Below, one piece after another: positions 29,409 to 39,624 of a stretch of DNA of 64,000 bases. This DNA is from a candidate division FCPU426 bacterium. GTDB taxonomy: Bacteria > Oederibacteriota > Muellerivitia > Muellerivitales > Muellerivitaceae. The stretch lies in the NCBI GenBank assembly GCA_963719085.1, contig CAVRAL010000001.1:116373-180372 (forward strand), given 5' to 3'. The notes under the pieces are model-generated. The model made no database searches. It was given only the letters and a program-made list of their open reading frames with translations, and was not told the origin of the DNA. The position numbers and the translations under genes were made by a program. The number at the start of each line of letters is the position of its first letter. The stretch's first letter is position 1.

Positions 29409-31193
29409 ATGTCCAACTTCTTCTCATTGTCATTCGACAATGTGGCTTCGCCTTCCTTAAGGTTGAAGGTTTCCCACCAGGGGGAATCGGCCACCGATTG
29501 GGGAATGGTCTGGTACGCCGGTGACGACGGCCCGGCCAGCCTGGTGCGGGGCTCCGCCGATGGGGCGGAGGACCTGAAAAGGGCGCTCACCGATTGGAAC
29601 CGTTTCCGCTCCGCCTCCTTTTTCGCCTTGTCCGGCGAGCGTCAGACCGGCAAAAACACCCCGCCTTTTCTGCGCAGCTACGGCGGACGCCAATTCGTCT
29701 TTATCTTCAGCGCCTCCTTGAAGGGCGATTTTAAAACCACCTTATCCCTGGGCGGCGATCCCAGCTTTGAGCCTTTGGGCTCCTCGGCCGCCGAACACGC
29801 CTTTTGCTGGCTTTTGCACCAGCTCTTTTTAAAACAAGCCCGCCGCCTGTCCGATGTTTCCTGGAACGATCTTCGCGCCTGGTTTGGCGAGATCAATAAC
29901 TTGGGGGAGTTGAACTGTGTGCTAAGCGACGGCAAGAACCAAGTGGCTTACCGGGACCGGGAGGGCCGGGGCAGTCTTTATGGTTTGCGCCGCCTGCCGC
30001 CCCATCCCGAAGGCCATCTGGAAAATGAGACGCTCGCCATGGATTTGGGCGACGCCCTGGACGCCAATCGAACCCTTTATCTTTTCTCAAATCAACCGCT
30101 TTCGAATGAGCCTTGGAACCTTTTAGAACCGGGTAGTCTAAGGGCGGTCCGCCGGGGCCGCTTGCTTTTTGACAGCGCCGCGGTGAACACGGAATTCAAC
30201 CCATCCTGGTCCCTGGTGGGGAATCAGGTTCAGCAAATGTCGCTGGTGGCGCCCGCCATGCCGCCGTCCCCGGTGAGACGGGGATTTGATAAGTGCGTGA
30301 TGAATGTGCTGCACGAGACCGTCTACCATTACCGCATGCCGGTGGAAAGGTCCCGGCATTTGATCCGCCTGAGGCCCACCCAGGACCGGTTCCAGGAACT
30401 TTTGGAATTTAACTTGAATCTTTCCATCGATGGACGCAAGCAGGAATTTCAGGATGTGTACGGCAACACGACCTTGGAATTGGAAGTGGACCGCTCTTTC
30501 ACCGAAATGGTGATCCGGGCGTCCTCGCGGGTGCGTTTGACCGAGGGGCCTACCCGTTGGCTGAACGCCAGCGGCCGCCGCGAGAACCTACCCTTGGTTT
30601 GGATGCCCGGCCAGCGTCAAATGATGCTGCCTTACCTTTTGCCGCCGGAGCTTCCGGAGGCGCAACTAAAAGAACTGACCGATTACGCCATGGGTTTCGC
30701 CCAGCGTAACGACATGGATCTTTTCGATACGATCTTGGATATCAACCAAACCCTTCACGACGATTACTCTTATGTGACCGGATCCACCACCAGTGAGACC
30801 ACGCCTTATGAGGTTTATTCCACCCGCCGGGGGGTTTGCCAGGATTTCTCCAATCTTTTCATCTGCATGGCCCGACTTTTGAATCTTCCGGCGCGCTACC
30901 GGGTGGGCTATATTTATACCGGCGGAAATTACGAGAATAAAATTTTGTCCGAGGCTTCGCACGCTTGGGTGGAACTTTATCTGCCTCAAAGCGGCTGGTG
31001 CGGGTTTGATCCCACCAACGGGACCGTGGTGGGGCTGGATCATGTGAGGGTCGCCTGCGGCCGCAATTTCCTCGACGCCACGCCGACCTCCGGAACCATC
31101 TTTAAAGGCGGCGGACCCGAAAGCCTGTCGGTGTCGGTGAAGATTGAGATGGAACCGCCGTCCCAGTTATCCTTTGAAAATTCCCCGGCTTGA
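29409..31193 (+). CDS. fusion of a class II glutamine amidotransferase-like (YafJ/EgtC-type) domain and a bacterial transglutaminase
   Basis: N-half WGMVWY, NTPPF, PLG...EHAFCWLL, NCVLSDG; C-half HETVYHY, DVYGN, GVCQDF, ASHAWVE, FDPTN. Confidence 0.8.
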   Translation: MSNFFSLSFDNVASPSLRLKVSHQGESATDWGMVWYAGDDGPASLVRGSADGAEDLKRALTDWNRFRSASFFALSGERQTGKNTPPFLRSYGGRQFVFIFSASLKGDFKTTLSLGGDPSFEPLGSSAAEHAFCWLLHQLFLKQARRLSDVSWNDLRAWFGEINNLGELNCVLSDGKNQVAYRDREGRGSLYGLRRLPPHPEGHLENETLAMDLGDALDANRTLYLFSNQPLSNEPWNLLEPGSLRAVRRGRLLFDSAAVNTEFNPSWSLVGNQVQQMSLVAPAMPPSPVRRGFDKCVMNVLHETVYHYRMPVERSRHLIRLRPTQDRFQELLEFNLNLSIDGRKQEFQDVYGNTTLELEVDRSFTEMVIRASSRVRLTEGPTRWLNASGRRENLPLVWMPGQRQMMLPYLLPPELPEAQLKELTDYAMGFAQRNDMDLFDTILDINQTLHDDYSYVTGSTTSETTPYEVYSTRRGVCQDFSNLFICMARLLNLPARYRVGYIYTGGNYENKILSEASHAWVELYLPQSGWCGFDPTNGTVVGLDHVRVACGRNFLDATPTSGTIFKGGGPESLSVSVKIEMEPPSQLSFENSPA

Positions 31194-31218
31194 CAATAAA
31201 AGCGGGGCGGAGTATATT
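31190..31218 (+). promoter_or_regulatory. sigma70 promoter of the ilv operon
   Basis: TTGACA-N17-TATATT directly upstream of the leader peptide. Confidence 0.8.
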
Positions 31219-31252
31219 CTCGCCACTAGCAGTTCAATTTTAGGAGATGACG

Positions 31253-31333
31253 ATGTCCTTCGGAATAGCGGCCAACCTACTTCTTTTAGTCGTATTAGTA
31301 GTAAGCTTGCGTCCGGAGGCGGTGCGCTCCTAA
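31253..31333 (+). CDS. ilv operon leader peptide (attenuator)
   Basis: AGGAG SD; MSFGIAANLLLLVVLVVSLRPEAVRS with 9 consecutive Leu/Val codons. Confidence 0.88.
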   Translation: MSFGIAANLLLLVVLVVSLRPEAVRS

Positions 31334-31345
31334 AGACGGCCAACA

Positions 31346-31390
31346 GGCCGCGGGGCCCGCTTCAGCGGGTCTTCGCGGCTTTTTTGTTTT
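31346..31390 (+). terminator. attenuator terminator hairpin
   Basis: GGCCGCGGGGCCCGC-TTCA-GCGGGTCTTCGCGGCT followed by T-tract, 12 nt after the leader stop. Confidence 0.88.
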
Positions 31391-31591
31391 AAGGCCCTGA
31401 TTTCCCGCCAAGCTTCGCAAAAACCCCGAAAAACAACTTGATTGAGCTGAAAGCCGCCTTTGAATGGGCTATTTGGCCTTTATTTCCACGGAATTAAAGG
31501 ATGAATAACCTCGAAAATGGCGGAAGTTATTGTAAAATCACACTCTTTCGCGTGGGCTAGGCCCCGTGAGCGAAACAGACAGGAGACGATT

Positions 31592-33361
31592 ATGGCCACG
31601 AAGTCCAAGCAGATGAAAACCGGAGCCCAAATGATTGTGGATATCCTCATTGATGAGGGTGTCACGATGGCTTGGGGCGTGACAGGCGGAGCGATCCTGC
31701 CCGTTTATGACGCCTTGTACCAAAGCGGGGACAAGATCAAACTTTTCGACACCCGCCATGAGCAAGGCGCGGTGCATATGGCCGAAGGCTACGCCAAGTC
31801 CACCGGCAAGGTGGGAGTTTGCGTGGTCACGTCCGGCCCCGGCGCCACCAACATCGTCACCGGTTTGGCCGACGCTTATATGGACTCGGTGCCCTTGGTG
31901 GCCATCACGGGCCAAGTGCCGACCGCGCTTATTGGAACCGATGGGTTTCAAGAAGCGGACGTGGTGGGCATCACCCGTTCCTGCACCAAGCACAATTACC
32001 TGGTGAAAAATATCCAGGAGCTGCCCCAAATCGTGCGCGACGCTTTTTTCATCGCCCGCACCGGAAGGCCGGGTCCGGTCTTGATCGACATCCCGAAGGA
32101 CATCGCCGCGGCCTCAGCCGAGGTGGAGATCCCGAAGAAGGCCTCGATTCCTTTGTCGAAGTTCGTGCCGACTCCGGATATAAGCCAAATCGATAAGATC
32201 GCCGAGCTTTTGAAGCACGCCAAGCGTCCCTTGATCTACGCCGGCGGCGGCGTCATTAACGCGGGGGCCTCGGAAGAACTTTATAAGTTCGCCCGCAAAA
32301 CCAACATCCCGGTGACCTTGACCCTGATGGGCCTGGGCGCTTATCCGGCCACCGACCGCCAGTTCATCGACATGTTGGGCATGCACGGTTCTTACCGCGC
32401 CAACATGGCCCTGACCTATTGCGATTTACTCATCGCCATCGGAAGCCGTTTCGACGACCGGGTGACGGGTAAACTGAGCGAGTTTTCGCCGAACTCGAAA
32501 AAGGTGCACATCGACGTGGACCCGACTTCCATCGGCAAAAACGTGAAGGTGGACGCCCACGTGCTGGGCGACATGAAGTTCATCCTCAAGGACCTGACCA
32601 AAAAGGCGGGCACGAAGGAATACGAAGCTTGGTACAACGAATTGGACGGCTGGAAGAGCAAGCATCCCTTGGCTTACAAGCAGGATCCCAAGGGAACGGT
32701 TTTGCCGCAGTTCGCCATCGATGAAATTTACCGTATCACCAAGGGCGACGCTTATGTGGCCACCGAAGTGGGCCAGCATCAGATGTGGGCGGCGCAATAT
32801 TACAAGTTCAACAAACCCCGCCGTTGGCTGACCTCGGGCGGTTTGGGAACCATGGGTTTTGGTTTTCCCGCGGCCATTGGCGCGGCCTTCGCCCATCCGA
32901 ACGCCACGGTGATTGACATCGCCGGCGACGGTAGTTTCCAGATGACGCTGCAGGAATTGGCCATCGTGAAGGAACACAACCTGAACGTGAAGACCATCGT
33001 CATCAATAACAAGTTCATGGGCATGGTCAAGCAATGGCAGGACTTGTTCTTTGACAAGCGTTACGCGGCCACCTCGATCCCCGCCCAGCCGGATTTCGTG
33101 AAATTGGCGGAGGCTTACGGCATCGCGGGTTACCGCGCCAATACGCCCAAGGAAACCACCCAGGTGCTGGAAGAGGCCCTGTTGAAAAAAGGCCCCTGCA
33201 TCGTGGATGTGGTGGTGGACGCCGAGGAGCATGTGTATCCCATGGTTCCGGCCGGCGGCGCGGTGAAGGACATCGTGCTTTCCAAAGCCCATCAGCTTGA
33301 GAAAATGATAGCCGCTAAAAACGACAAGGGTCCCAAGAAGCCGACCCAGGTCCACCTGTAA
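31592..33361 (+). CDS. ilvB: acetolactate synthase large subunit
   Basis: RHEQGAVHMAEGYA, TSGPGATN, TSGGLGTMG, GDGSFQM; start moved to ATG after AGGAG. Confidence 0.97.
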   Translation: MATKSKQMKTGAQMIVDILIDEGVTMAWGVTGGAILPVYDALYQSGDKIKLFDTRHEQGAVHMAEGYAKSTGKVGVCVVTSGPGATNIVTGLADAYMDSVPLVAITGQVPTALIGTDGFQEADVVGITRSCTKHNYLVKNIQELPQIVRDAFFIARTGRPGPVLIDIPKDIAAASAEVEIPKKASIPLSKFVPTPDISQIDKIAELLKHAKRPLIYAGGGVINAGASEELYKFARKTNIPVTLTLMGLGAYPATDRQFIDMLGMHGSYRANMALTYCDLLIAIGSRFDDRVTGKLSEFSPNSKKVHIDVDPTSIGKNVKVDAHVLGDMKFILKDLTKKAGTKEYEAWYNELDGWKSKHPLAYKQDPKGTVLPQFAIDEIYRITKGDAYVATEVGQHQMWAAQYYKFNKPRRWLTSGGLGTMGFGFPAAIGAAFAHPNATVIDIAGDGSFQMTLQELAIVKEHNLNVKTIVINNKFMGMVKQWQDLFFDKRYAATSIPAQPDFVKLAEAYGIAGYRANTPKETTQVLEEALLKKGPCIVDVVVDAEEHVYPMVPAGGAVKDIVLSKAHQLEKMIAAKNDKGPKKPTQVHL

Positions 33362-33384
33362 CCCTTAACAACGAAAGGTCAAAC

Positions 33385-33927
33385 ATGCGACATACTATTT
33401 CAGTTTTGGTGAACAACCACGCGGGCGTGTTGTCCCGCGTGTCCAACCTCTTCTCGGCCCGGGGCTATAACATCGACAGCTTGGTGGTCGGCGTGACCGA
33501 CAACCCGAAAGTTTCCCGCATCACCATCGTGGTGAAGGGCGACGAGCGGATCATCGACCAGGTGGAAAAACAGCTCAACAAGCTGATTGACGTCATCAAG
33601 GTGTTTGATTTGACGCACGACGATTTTATCGCCCGGGACCTGGCCTTGATCAAGGTGAAGGCCGAGGCGCACACCCGCAGCCAGGTGATGGAAATCGTCC
33701 AATGCTTTGACGGGAAGATCGTGGACGTGGCTTTGAAGAGTTTCATTATTGAGGTGACGGGCAAGGAAAGCAAAATCAACGCCATGGTGGAGCTTTTAAG
33801 CAACTATGGCATTTTGGAGCTGGTCCGAACGGGGGAAGTGGCCATTTCCCGCGGCAAGAAGGTGGCGGAAGAGGAAGGCTCGAAAGTGAAAGTGAAGGCG
33901 GGCAAAGCCGGCCAATCGAATCTGTAA
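33385..33927 (+). CDS. ilvN: acetolactate synthase small subunit
   Basis: ACT domain MRHTISVLVNNHAGVLSRV..RGYNIDSL. Confidence 0.97.
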   Translation: MRHTISVLVNNHAGVLSRVSNLFSARGYNIDSLVVGVTDNPKVSRITIVVKGDERIIDQVEKQLNKLIDVIKVFDLTHDDFIARDLALIKVKAEAHTRSQVMEIVQCFDGKIVDVALKSFIIEVTGKESKINAMVELLSNYGILELVRTGEVAISRGKKVAEEEGSKVKVKAGKAGQSNL

Positions 33928-33941
33928 AAATAAAGGAATTG

Positions 33942-34040
33942 AACCACAGAGTTAACGGAGTTACGCGGAGTTAAGAATAAAAAAAATTAGTAGAGAGCTG
34001 AAAATCTTTACTCGGTTCCCTCGGTGTAACTCTGTGTTTA
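33942..34040. repeat. intergenic hairpin element with tandem-unit arms (CACAGAG/CGGAG subtype)
   Basis: CACAGAGTT-AACGGAGTT-ACGCGGAGTT ... ACTCGGTTCCCTCGGTGTAACTCTGTG. Confidence 0.75.
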
Positions 34041-34089
34041 AGGTTTTTGCCGGAAGTTGAAACCGAAACAAAATTTCAAGGAGAAGCAA

Positions 34090-35085
34090 ATGCCGAAGAT
34101 TTACTACGAACAAGACGCCGATTTAAACGCGCTTAAGGGGAAGACCATCGCCGTCATCGGTTATGGCAATCAAGGCCGCAACCAAGCCCTGAATCTGAAG
34201 GATTCGGGAATCACGGTCATCATTGGCGCGCGCTCGGAAAAGACCAAGGCCCAAGCCAAGGCGGACGGCATCCCGGCTTATGACGCCAAGGAAGCGGCGG
34301 CCAAGGCCGACATCATCCAGATCTTGATCCAGGATGACCTGCAGGGAAGCCTCTATAAAAACGACATCCTGCCGGGCCTGAAGGCCGGGAAGGCCATCAT
34401 GTTCTCGCACGGCTTCAATATCCACTTCGGCCAGATCCTGCCCCCGGCGGACATCGACGTGTTCATGATCGCTCCCAAGGGTCCGGGCCATTTGGTGCGC
34501 ACCACTTACGTGGAAGGCAAAGGCGTTCCGGCGCTGGTCGCCATCCATCAAAACGCCACGGGCAACGCCTTGAAACTGGCTTTGGCCTATGGAAAAGCCA
34601 TCGGCGCCAGCCGCGCGGGTGTTTTGGAGACGACCTTTAAAGAAGAGACGGAGACCGACTTGTTCGGCGAGCAAGTGGTTTTGTGCGGCGGATTGTCCGA
34701 ACTCATCCGCTCCGGTTTCGAGACCTTGGTCAACGCGGGCTATCAGCCTGAGGTGGCCTATTTCGAGTGCCTGCACGAAGTGAAGCTGATCGTGGATCTT
34801 ATTTATGAGAAGGGCATCACGGGCATGCGCGACGCCATCTCCACGACCGCCAAGTACGGGGATATCACCCGCGGCCGCCGCATCGTGACCGAGCAGACGC
34901 GCGCCGAGATGCGCCGGATCTTGAGCGAAATTCAGACGGGCCTTTTCGCCCGGGAATTCGTCTTGGAAAACCAGGCCAATCGACCCGTGTACAATTCGGT
35001 GTTGAAGATCGATTCCGAGCATCTGATCGAAAAAGTCGGCAAACAAGTGCGCAGCATGTTCAGCTGGCTGAAAGATAAAAAGTAA
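34090..35085 (+). CDS. ilvC: ketol-acid reductoisomerase
   Basis: [28 protein letters not shown]. Confidence 0.98.
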   Translation: MPKIYYEQDADLNALKGKTIAVIGYGNQGRNQALNLKDSGITVIIGARSEKTKAQAKADGIPAYDAKEAAAKADIIQILIQDDLQGSLYKNDILPGLKAGKAIMFSHGFNIHFGQILPPADIDVFMIAPKGPGHLVRTTYVEGKGVPALVAIHQNATGNALKLALAYGKAIGASRAGVLETTFKEETETDLFGEQVVLCGGLSELIRSGFETLVNAGYQPEVAYFECLHEVKLIVDLIYEKGITGMRDAISTTAKYGDITRGRRIVTEQTRAEMRRILSEIQTGLFAREFVLENQANRPVYNSVLKIDSEHLIEKVGKQVRSMFSWLKDKK

Positions 35086-35093
35086 AGTTAAAG

Positions 35094-35127
35094 ACCGGGC
35101 TGGGCCCTAAGGCCCAGCCGGTTTTTT
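35094..35127 (+). terminator. intrinsic terminator after ilvC
   Basis: CTGGGCC-CTAA-GGCCCAG stem plus T-run. Confidence 0.8.
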
Positions 35128-35138
35128 GAAGGGATAAC

Positions 35139-35819
35139 ATGAGACTGCCATTTATGAAGGAAACCTGGAGCATGGTCCTGCCGACTTTGGCGGCGGCCGC
35201 GGCCTTTTTTGTTTTGGCCTGCCTGAAGCCTTTTTGGCTGTGGGCGGCGCTGGGTTTGGTGGTCCTTGTTTTGGCCCTGCTCATGTTGAATTTTTTCAGG
35301 GATTTCGAGAGACGGCCGGCCGCCGTACCGGGACCGCGGGAAGTTTTGAGCCCGGCGGACGGTAAGATCGTGGTTCTCAAGAAAACCGTGGAAAAGTTCC
35401 ACATGAAGAAGCCCATGATCCATATCGCCATATTCATGAATCCGCTGAACAACCATGTCCAACGGATGCCTTTTGACGGCAAGGTGGTGAAGAAGGTTTA
35501 TCACCCCGGCGAGTTTTTGGCCGCTTATGACGACAAGGCGGACCTGGTGAATGAACAGGCCCACTTGGTTTTGGAGCTGGATAAGAAAAAAGGCATGAAG
35601 GCCAAACCCCGGGTCGTGGTCAAACAAATCGCCGGGCTTCTGTGCCGCCGGGTTAAAACCGATCCCAAACCGGGCGCGCGTTTGAAACGGGGACAGCGTT
35701 TTGGCCGGATTCTTTTGGGATCACGGGTCGATTTGTTTTTGCCGGTCGGGTTTAAGGCCGCGGTTAAAAATGGCGACCAGGTTCGGGCTGGTTTGACCGT
35801 GCTGGGAGAATTGTCATGA
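35139..35819 (+). CDS. psd: phosphatidylserine decarboxylase proenzyme
   Basis: FFRD, SPADGK, QIAG, LGSRVD self-cleavage motif. Confidence 0.93.
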   Translation: MRLPFMKETWSMVLPTLAAAAAFFVLACLKPFWLWAALGLVVLVLALLMLNFFRDFERRPAAVPGPREVLSPADGKIVVLKKTVEKFHMKKPMIHIAIFMNPLNNHVQRMPFDGKVVKKVYHPGEFLAAYDDKADLVNEQAHLVLELDKKKGMKAKPRVVVKQIAGLLCRRVKTDPKPGARLKRGQRFGRILLGSRVDLFLPVGFKAAVKNGDQVRAGLTVLGELS

Positions 35820-36679
35820 GCGCGATGAAGGCCAAGCCCAGCCAAGCCAAGCAAAACGCCAATTCGCGTTTGCGCAAATCCATTTACCTGCTGCCCAATC
35901 TCTTGACCGCCGCCAATATGGTGTTCGGTATCCTGTCGATTACTTATTCCATTCAGGATTCACTGACCTTGATGGCGTCGGACAACAGCTCGATTTTGCC
36001 CTTTGTGCTGCCGGCCAAACTGATCTTGGTCTCGATCTTTTTGGATTTCATGGATGGCCGGGTGGCGCGCGCCACCGGCACCACCAGTAAGTTCGGGATG
36101 GAATTTGACAGCCTGTCGGATCTGATCAGCTTCGGCATGGCGCCGGCAATCCTCATTTATCTGTCGGTCCTGCGCTACCTTTCGGTGTGGGGAATCGCGA
36201 TCACCATCTTTTACGTGGTCTGCGCGGCGATCCGCCTGGCCCGTTTCAATGTCCAATCCCAAGTCGAGGAAAAGGACCACTTTACCGGATTGCCCAGCCC
36301 CGCGGCGGCCGGACTTTTGGCCAGTTACGTGCTTTTGTCCCGTTGGGCCGGTTGGTACGGCAAGGGCGTCATCTTGAACAAGGTGATGGGTTGGTATGAG
36401 GAAAACATCAGCTTGTGGGAACAAACCATTATCCCGGTGATGACCGTGGTGATCGCTTTGGTCATGATCTCCACCATCGCTTATCCCAGCCTTAAAAAAT
36501 GGAAGCGCGAAACCATTAAGCCCATTACGCTGGGTATTGTGGCGCTCATGATTTTTTGCCTGGTTTACGTGTACGAATTCACCGCCTTCGCCCTTTTGGC
36601 TTTTTATCTGCTGTGGGGCATTTTCCGCATGTTCACGCGTAAAGGCGCCGAGCGATTACGACCCAAACCGACGTCGTAG
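35816..36679 (+). CDS. pssA: CDP-diacylglycerol--serine O-phosphatidyltransferase
   Basis: LPNLLT, DFMDGRVAR..FGMEFDSLSD, RLARFN, FTGLPSP. Confidence 0.95.
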   Translation: MSAMKAKPSQAKQNANSRLRKSIYLLPNLLTAANMVFGILSITYSIQDSLTLMASDNSSILPFVLPAKLILVSIFLDFMDGRVARATGTTSKFGMEFDSLSDLISFGMAPAILIYLSVLRYLSVWGIAITIFYVVCAAIRLARFNVQSQVEEKDHFTGLPSPAAAGLLASYVLLSRWAGWYGKGVILNKVMGWYEENISLWEQTIIPVMTVVIALVMISTIAYPSLKKWKRETIKPITLGIVALMIFCLVYVYEFTAFALLAFYLLWGIFRMFTRKGAERLRPKPTS

Positions 36680-36720
36680 GACCGGCTAAGGCCGTTTGAA
36701 GTTTGAAAGAACCAAACCCG

Positions 36721-36817
36721 CTGTTCACCACCAAGGCACAAAGACACCAAGAAAATCTTGGGGAAATGACATCAAAAAAATTGCCGTCCTTGGCGCCTTA
36801 GTGTCTTGGTGGTGAAA
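36721..36817. repeat. intergenic hairpin element with tandem-unit arms (CACCAAG subtype)
   Basis: TTCACCACCAAGGCACAAAGACACCAAG ... CTTGGCGCCTTAGTGTCTTGGTGGTGAA. Confidence 0.85.
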
Positions 36818-36857
36818 ATAATTATCCTCTGATTTTTATTGAGTAAAGGAAAAAAAC

Positions 36858-38462
36858 ATGAAGACCCAAAAACCCAAAGTAGCAAAAACCCCGGAGACCG
36901 TTAAAAGTGAACGCGTTTTTATTTTTGACACCACCCTGCGCGATGGGGAGCAGGCGCCGGGTGCCAGCTTGAACACCGACGAAAAACTGAAGATCGCCGC
37001 CCAATTGGAAAAACTGGGAGTGGATATTATCGAGGCCGGATTCGCGGCTTCGTCCCCCGGTGATTTCGAGGCGGTGGAAAAAGTCTCCAAACTGGTCAAA
37101 AAATCCATCGTGGCCAGTCTGTGCCGGGCTTTGAAAAAAGATATCGACGCCGCCGCCAAGGCGCTGAAGAACGCCAAGCGGGGCCGCATCCACATTTTCA
37201 TTTCCTCGTCCGACATCCATTTGAAGCACATTTTCCGCAAGACCCGGGAAGAGGCTTTGGAGGCCGCCGTGGAAGCGGTCAAATACGCCCGGAAATTTTC
37301 CGACGACATCGAGTTTTCCGCCCAGGACGCGTCACGGTCGGATCTGGGATACCTGTGCCAGATGATGGAGGCGGTCATCAAGGCCGGCGCCAAAACCATC
37401 AATATGCCCGACACCGTGGGCTACACGATCCCTGAGGAATACGCCCGGATGGTAACGGTGGTGAAAAACCGCGTGCCCAACATCGACAAGGCGGTCATTT
37501 CGGTCCATTGCCACAATGATTTGGGCCTGGGGGTCGCTAATTCGATCTCCGCCATCCAAGCGGGCGCCCGCCAAGTGGAATGCACCATCAACGGGATCGG
37601 GGAGCGCGCGGGCAACGCGAGTCTGGAAGAAATCGTGATGGCCTTGAAGACCCGGTCGGACAAGTATCCCTTTTCCACCGGCATCAAGACGACCGAGATC
37701 TATAAAACCAGCCGCCTGGTCTCGAGCCTGACCGGTTTTATTTTGCAGCCCAACAAGGCGATCGTCGGCAACAACGCCTTCGCCCATGAGAGCGGCATCC
37801 ACCAGGACGGCATGCTCAAATACCGACAGACCTACGAGATCATGACGCCGCAGGAAATCGGTGTTCCGGAGAGCCGGCTGGTTTTGGGCAAACACTCGGG
37901 CCGCCACGCTTTCGGCAAGCGGATTGAGGACCTGGGCTACAACCTGTCCCAAGAGGCCGTCGAGGTCGTCTTCAATAAATTCAAAGACCTGGCGGATAAG
38001 AAAAAGAGCGTCTATGACGAGGACATCGAGGCCTTGATCGAGGAAAAACTCGAGACCGCGTCCGAGCATTATCAATTGACTTATCTGCATACCTCGGCGG
38101 GAAGCACGGCCATCCCGACGGCCACCCTGAAAGTGAAAAAGGGCGATGTGGAAACGCAGGAAGCGGCCACCGGCGACGGTCCCGTGGACGCGGTGTTCAA
38201 TGCCATTGACCGGGCGACAGGTTTTAAGGGAAAGCTGGAAAACTATTCCCTCAAGGCCCTCACCCAAGGCCGGGACGCCCAGGGCGAAGTGACGGTCACG
38301 GTGGCCGTCAATGGCGACGAGGCCAATGGCCGGGGTGTTTCCACCGACGTCATCGAGGCTTCCGCCAAGGCCTACTTGAACGGCATCAACAAGCTTTTAT
38401 TCAAGCACAAGACCAAAAGCGTGAAGGCGGCCTTTGAGGCGATGAAGGGTTTGAAACTTTAA
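36858..38462 (+). CDS. leuA: 2-isopropylmalate synthase
   Basis: FDTTLRDGEQ, HCHNDLG, GIGERAGN, HESGIHQDG, C-terminal regulatory domain. Confidence 0.98.
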   Translation: MKTQKPKVAKTPETVKSERVFIFDTTLRDGEQAPGASLNTDEKLKIAAQLEKLGVDIIEAGFAASSPGDFEAVEKVSKLVKKSIVASLCRALKKDIDAAAKALKNAKRGRIHIFISSSDIHLKHIFRKTREEALEAAVEAVKYARKFSDDIEFSAQDASRSDLGYLCQMMEAVIKAGAKTINMPDTVGYTIPEEYARMVTVVKNRVPNIDKAVISVHCHNDLGLGVANSISAIQAGARQVECTINGIGERAGNASLEEIVMALKTRSDKYPFSTGIKTTEIYKTSRLVSSLTGFILQPNKAIVGNNAFAHESGIHQDGMLKYRQTYEIMTPQEIGVPESRLVLGKHSGRHAFGKRIEDLGYNLSQEAVEVVFNKFKDLADKKKSVYDEDIEALIEEKLETASEHYQLTYLHTSAGSTAIPTATLKVKKGDVETQEAATGDGPVDAVFNAIDRATGFKGKLENYSLKALTQGRDAQGEVTVTVAVNGDEANGRGVSTDVIEASAKAYLNGINKLLFKHKTKSVKAAFEAMKGLKL

Positions 38463-38490
38463 GGCGGCAGTTTCGTCAAATCTATGAAAG

Positions 38491-38520
38491 AAAGGCCCGC
38501 CCGTCTGGAGCGGGCCTTTT
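38491..38520 (+). terminator. hairpin/terminator after leuA
   Basis: AAAGGCCCGC/GCGGGCCTTTT. Confidence 0.7.
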
Positions 38521-38541
38521 AATTACGGCAAGGGGTTTTGA

Positions 38542-39612
38542 ATGAAATTCCACATCGTTGTGTTGGCTGGAGACGGCATCGGGCCTGAAATCTGTGAGGA
38601 ATCGAAAAAAGTTCTCAACCGCGTTGGGGAAATCTTCGGCCACGAGTTCGAATATGAGCCCCAAGACGCGGGCGGCGCGGCCATCGACAAATACGACACG
38701 CCATTGCCGGACCATACCCTCAAGGCCTGCCTGGCGGCCCAAGCGGTTTTGAAGGCACCCATGGGCGGTCCTAAATGGGACAAGCTCGAGAATAAAAAAC
38801 GCCCGGAAGCAGGTATTTTGGGCCTTCGCAAAGGGCTCGACCTTTACGCGAATCTTCGGCCGGTCAAGCTTTTCAAAGCCCTGGAAGGGGCTTCTACTTT
38901 GAAGCCGGAAGTCATTTCGGGCGTGGATATGCTGATTGTGCGTGAGCTTATTTCGGGCATCTACTTCGGCGAGCCCCGGGGAATCCACGGCGAAGGAAAA
39001 GATCGTTACGGAGTGAACACCGAAATTTACCGAACTCCCGAGGTGGAACGCATTGTGACCCTGGCTTTTGATTTGGCCCGGCTTCGCCGCAAAAAAGTCA
39101 CCAGCGTGGATAAATTTAACGTGTTGGAATCGTCGAGGCTTTGGCATGACGTGGCCGAGGAAGTATCCAAAGGCTATCCGGACGTCGCCTTCGAGCATCA
39201 GATCGTGGACAACGCGGCCATGCAGCTTATCCTCAAACCCAAATCTTTTGACGTGATGGTGACCACCAATATGTTCGGGGATATTCTTTCCGACGAGGCT
39301 TCCATGTTGACCGGGTCTTTGGGGATGCTGCCTTCAGCCTCATTGGGTGGTAATGTGGGACTTTACGAGCCGTCCCACGGGTCCGCGCCCGATATCGCGG
39401 GAACCGGCAAAGCCAACCCCTTGGCGATGATCCTCTCGACCGCGATGATGATGAAATATAGTTTTCATCTTCAAAAAGAATCCGACGCCATTGAATCCGC
39501 GGTGGAGAAGGTGCTAGATAAGGGACTCCGGACGTCCGATCTGGCGACCGGAAGTGAAAAAACCGTTTCGTGCCAGCAAATGGGCGCGGCGGTTGTGGCC
39601 GAGCTTAAGTAA
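38542..39612 (+). CDS. leuB: 3-isopropylmalate dehydrogenase
   Basis: [30 protein letters not shown]. Confidence 0.98.
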   Translation: MKFHIVVLAGDGIGPEICEESKKVLNRVGEIFGHEFEYEPQDAGGAAIDKYDTPLPDHTLKACLAAQAVLKAPMGGPKWDKLENKKRPEAGILGLRKGLDLYANLRPVKLFKALEGASTLKPEVISGVDMLIVRELISGIYFGEPRGIHGEGKDRYGVNTEIYRTPEVERIVTLAFDLARLRRKKVTSVDKFNVLESSRLWHDVAEEVSKGYPDVAFEHQIVDNAAMQLILKPKSFDVMVTTNMFGDILSDEASMLTGSLGMLPSASLGGNVGLYEPSHGSAPDIAGTGKANPLAMILSTAMMMKYSFHLQKESDAIESAVEKVLDKGLRTSDLATGSEKTVSCQQMGAAVVAELK

Positions 39613-39624
39613 CGGAGACTATTT

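Noticed and set aside
32426-38267. Long antisense ORFs (32426-33355, 34123-35046, 37332-38267)
   Set aside because: Shadow frames of GC3-rich ilvB, ilvC and leuA; no motifs of their own.
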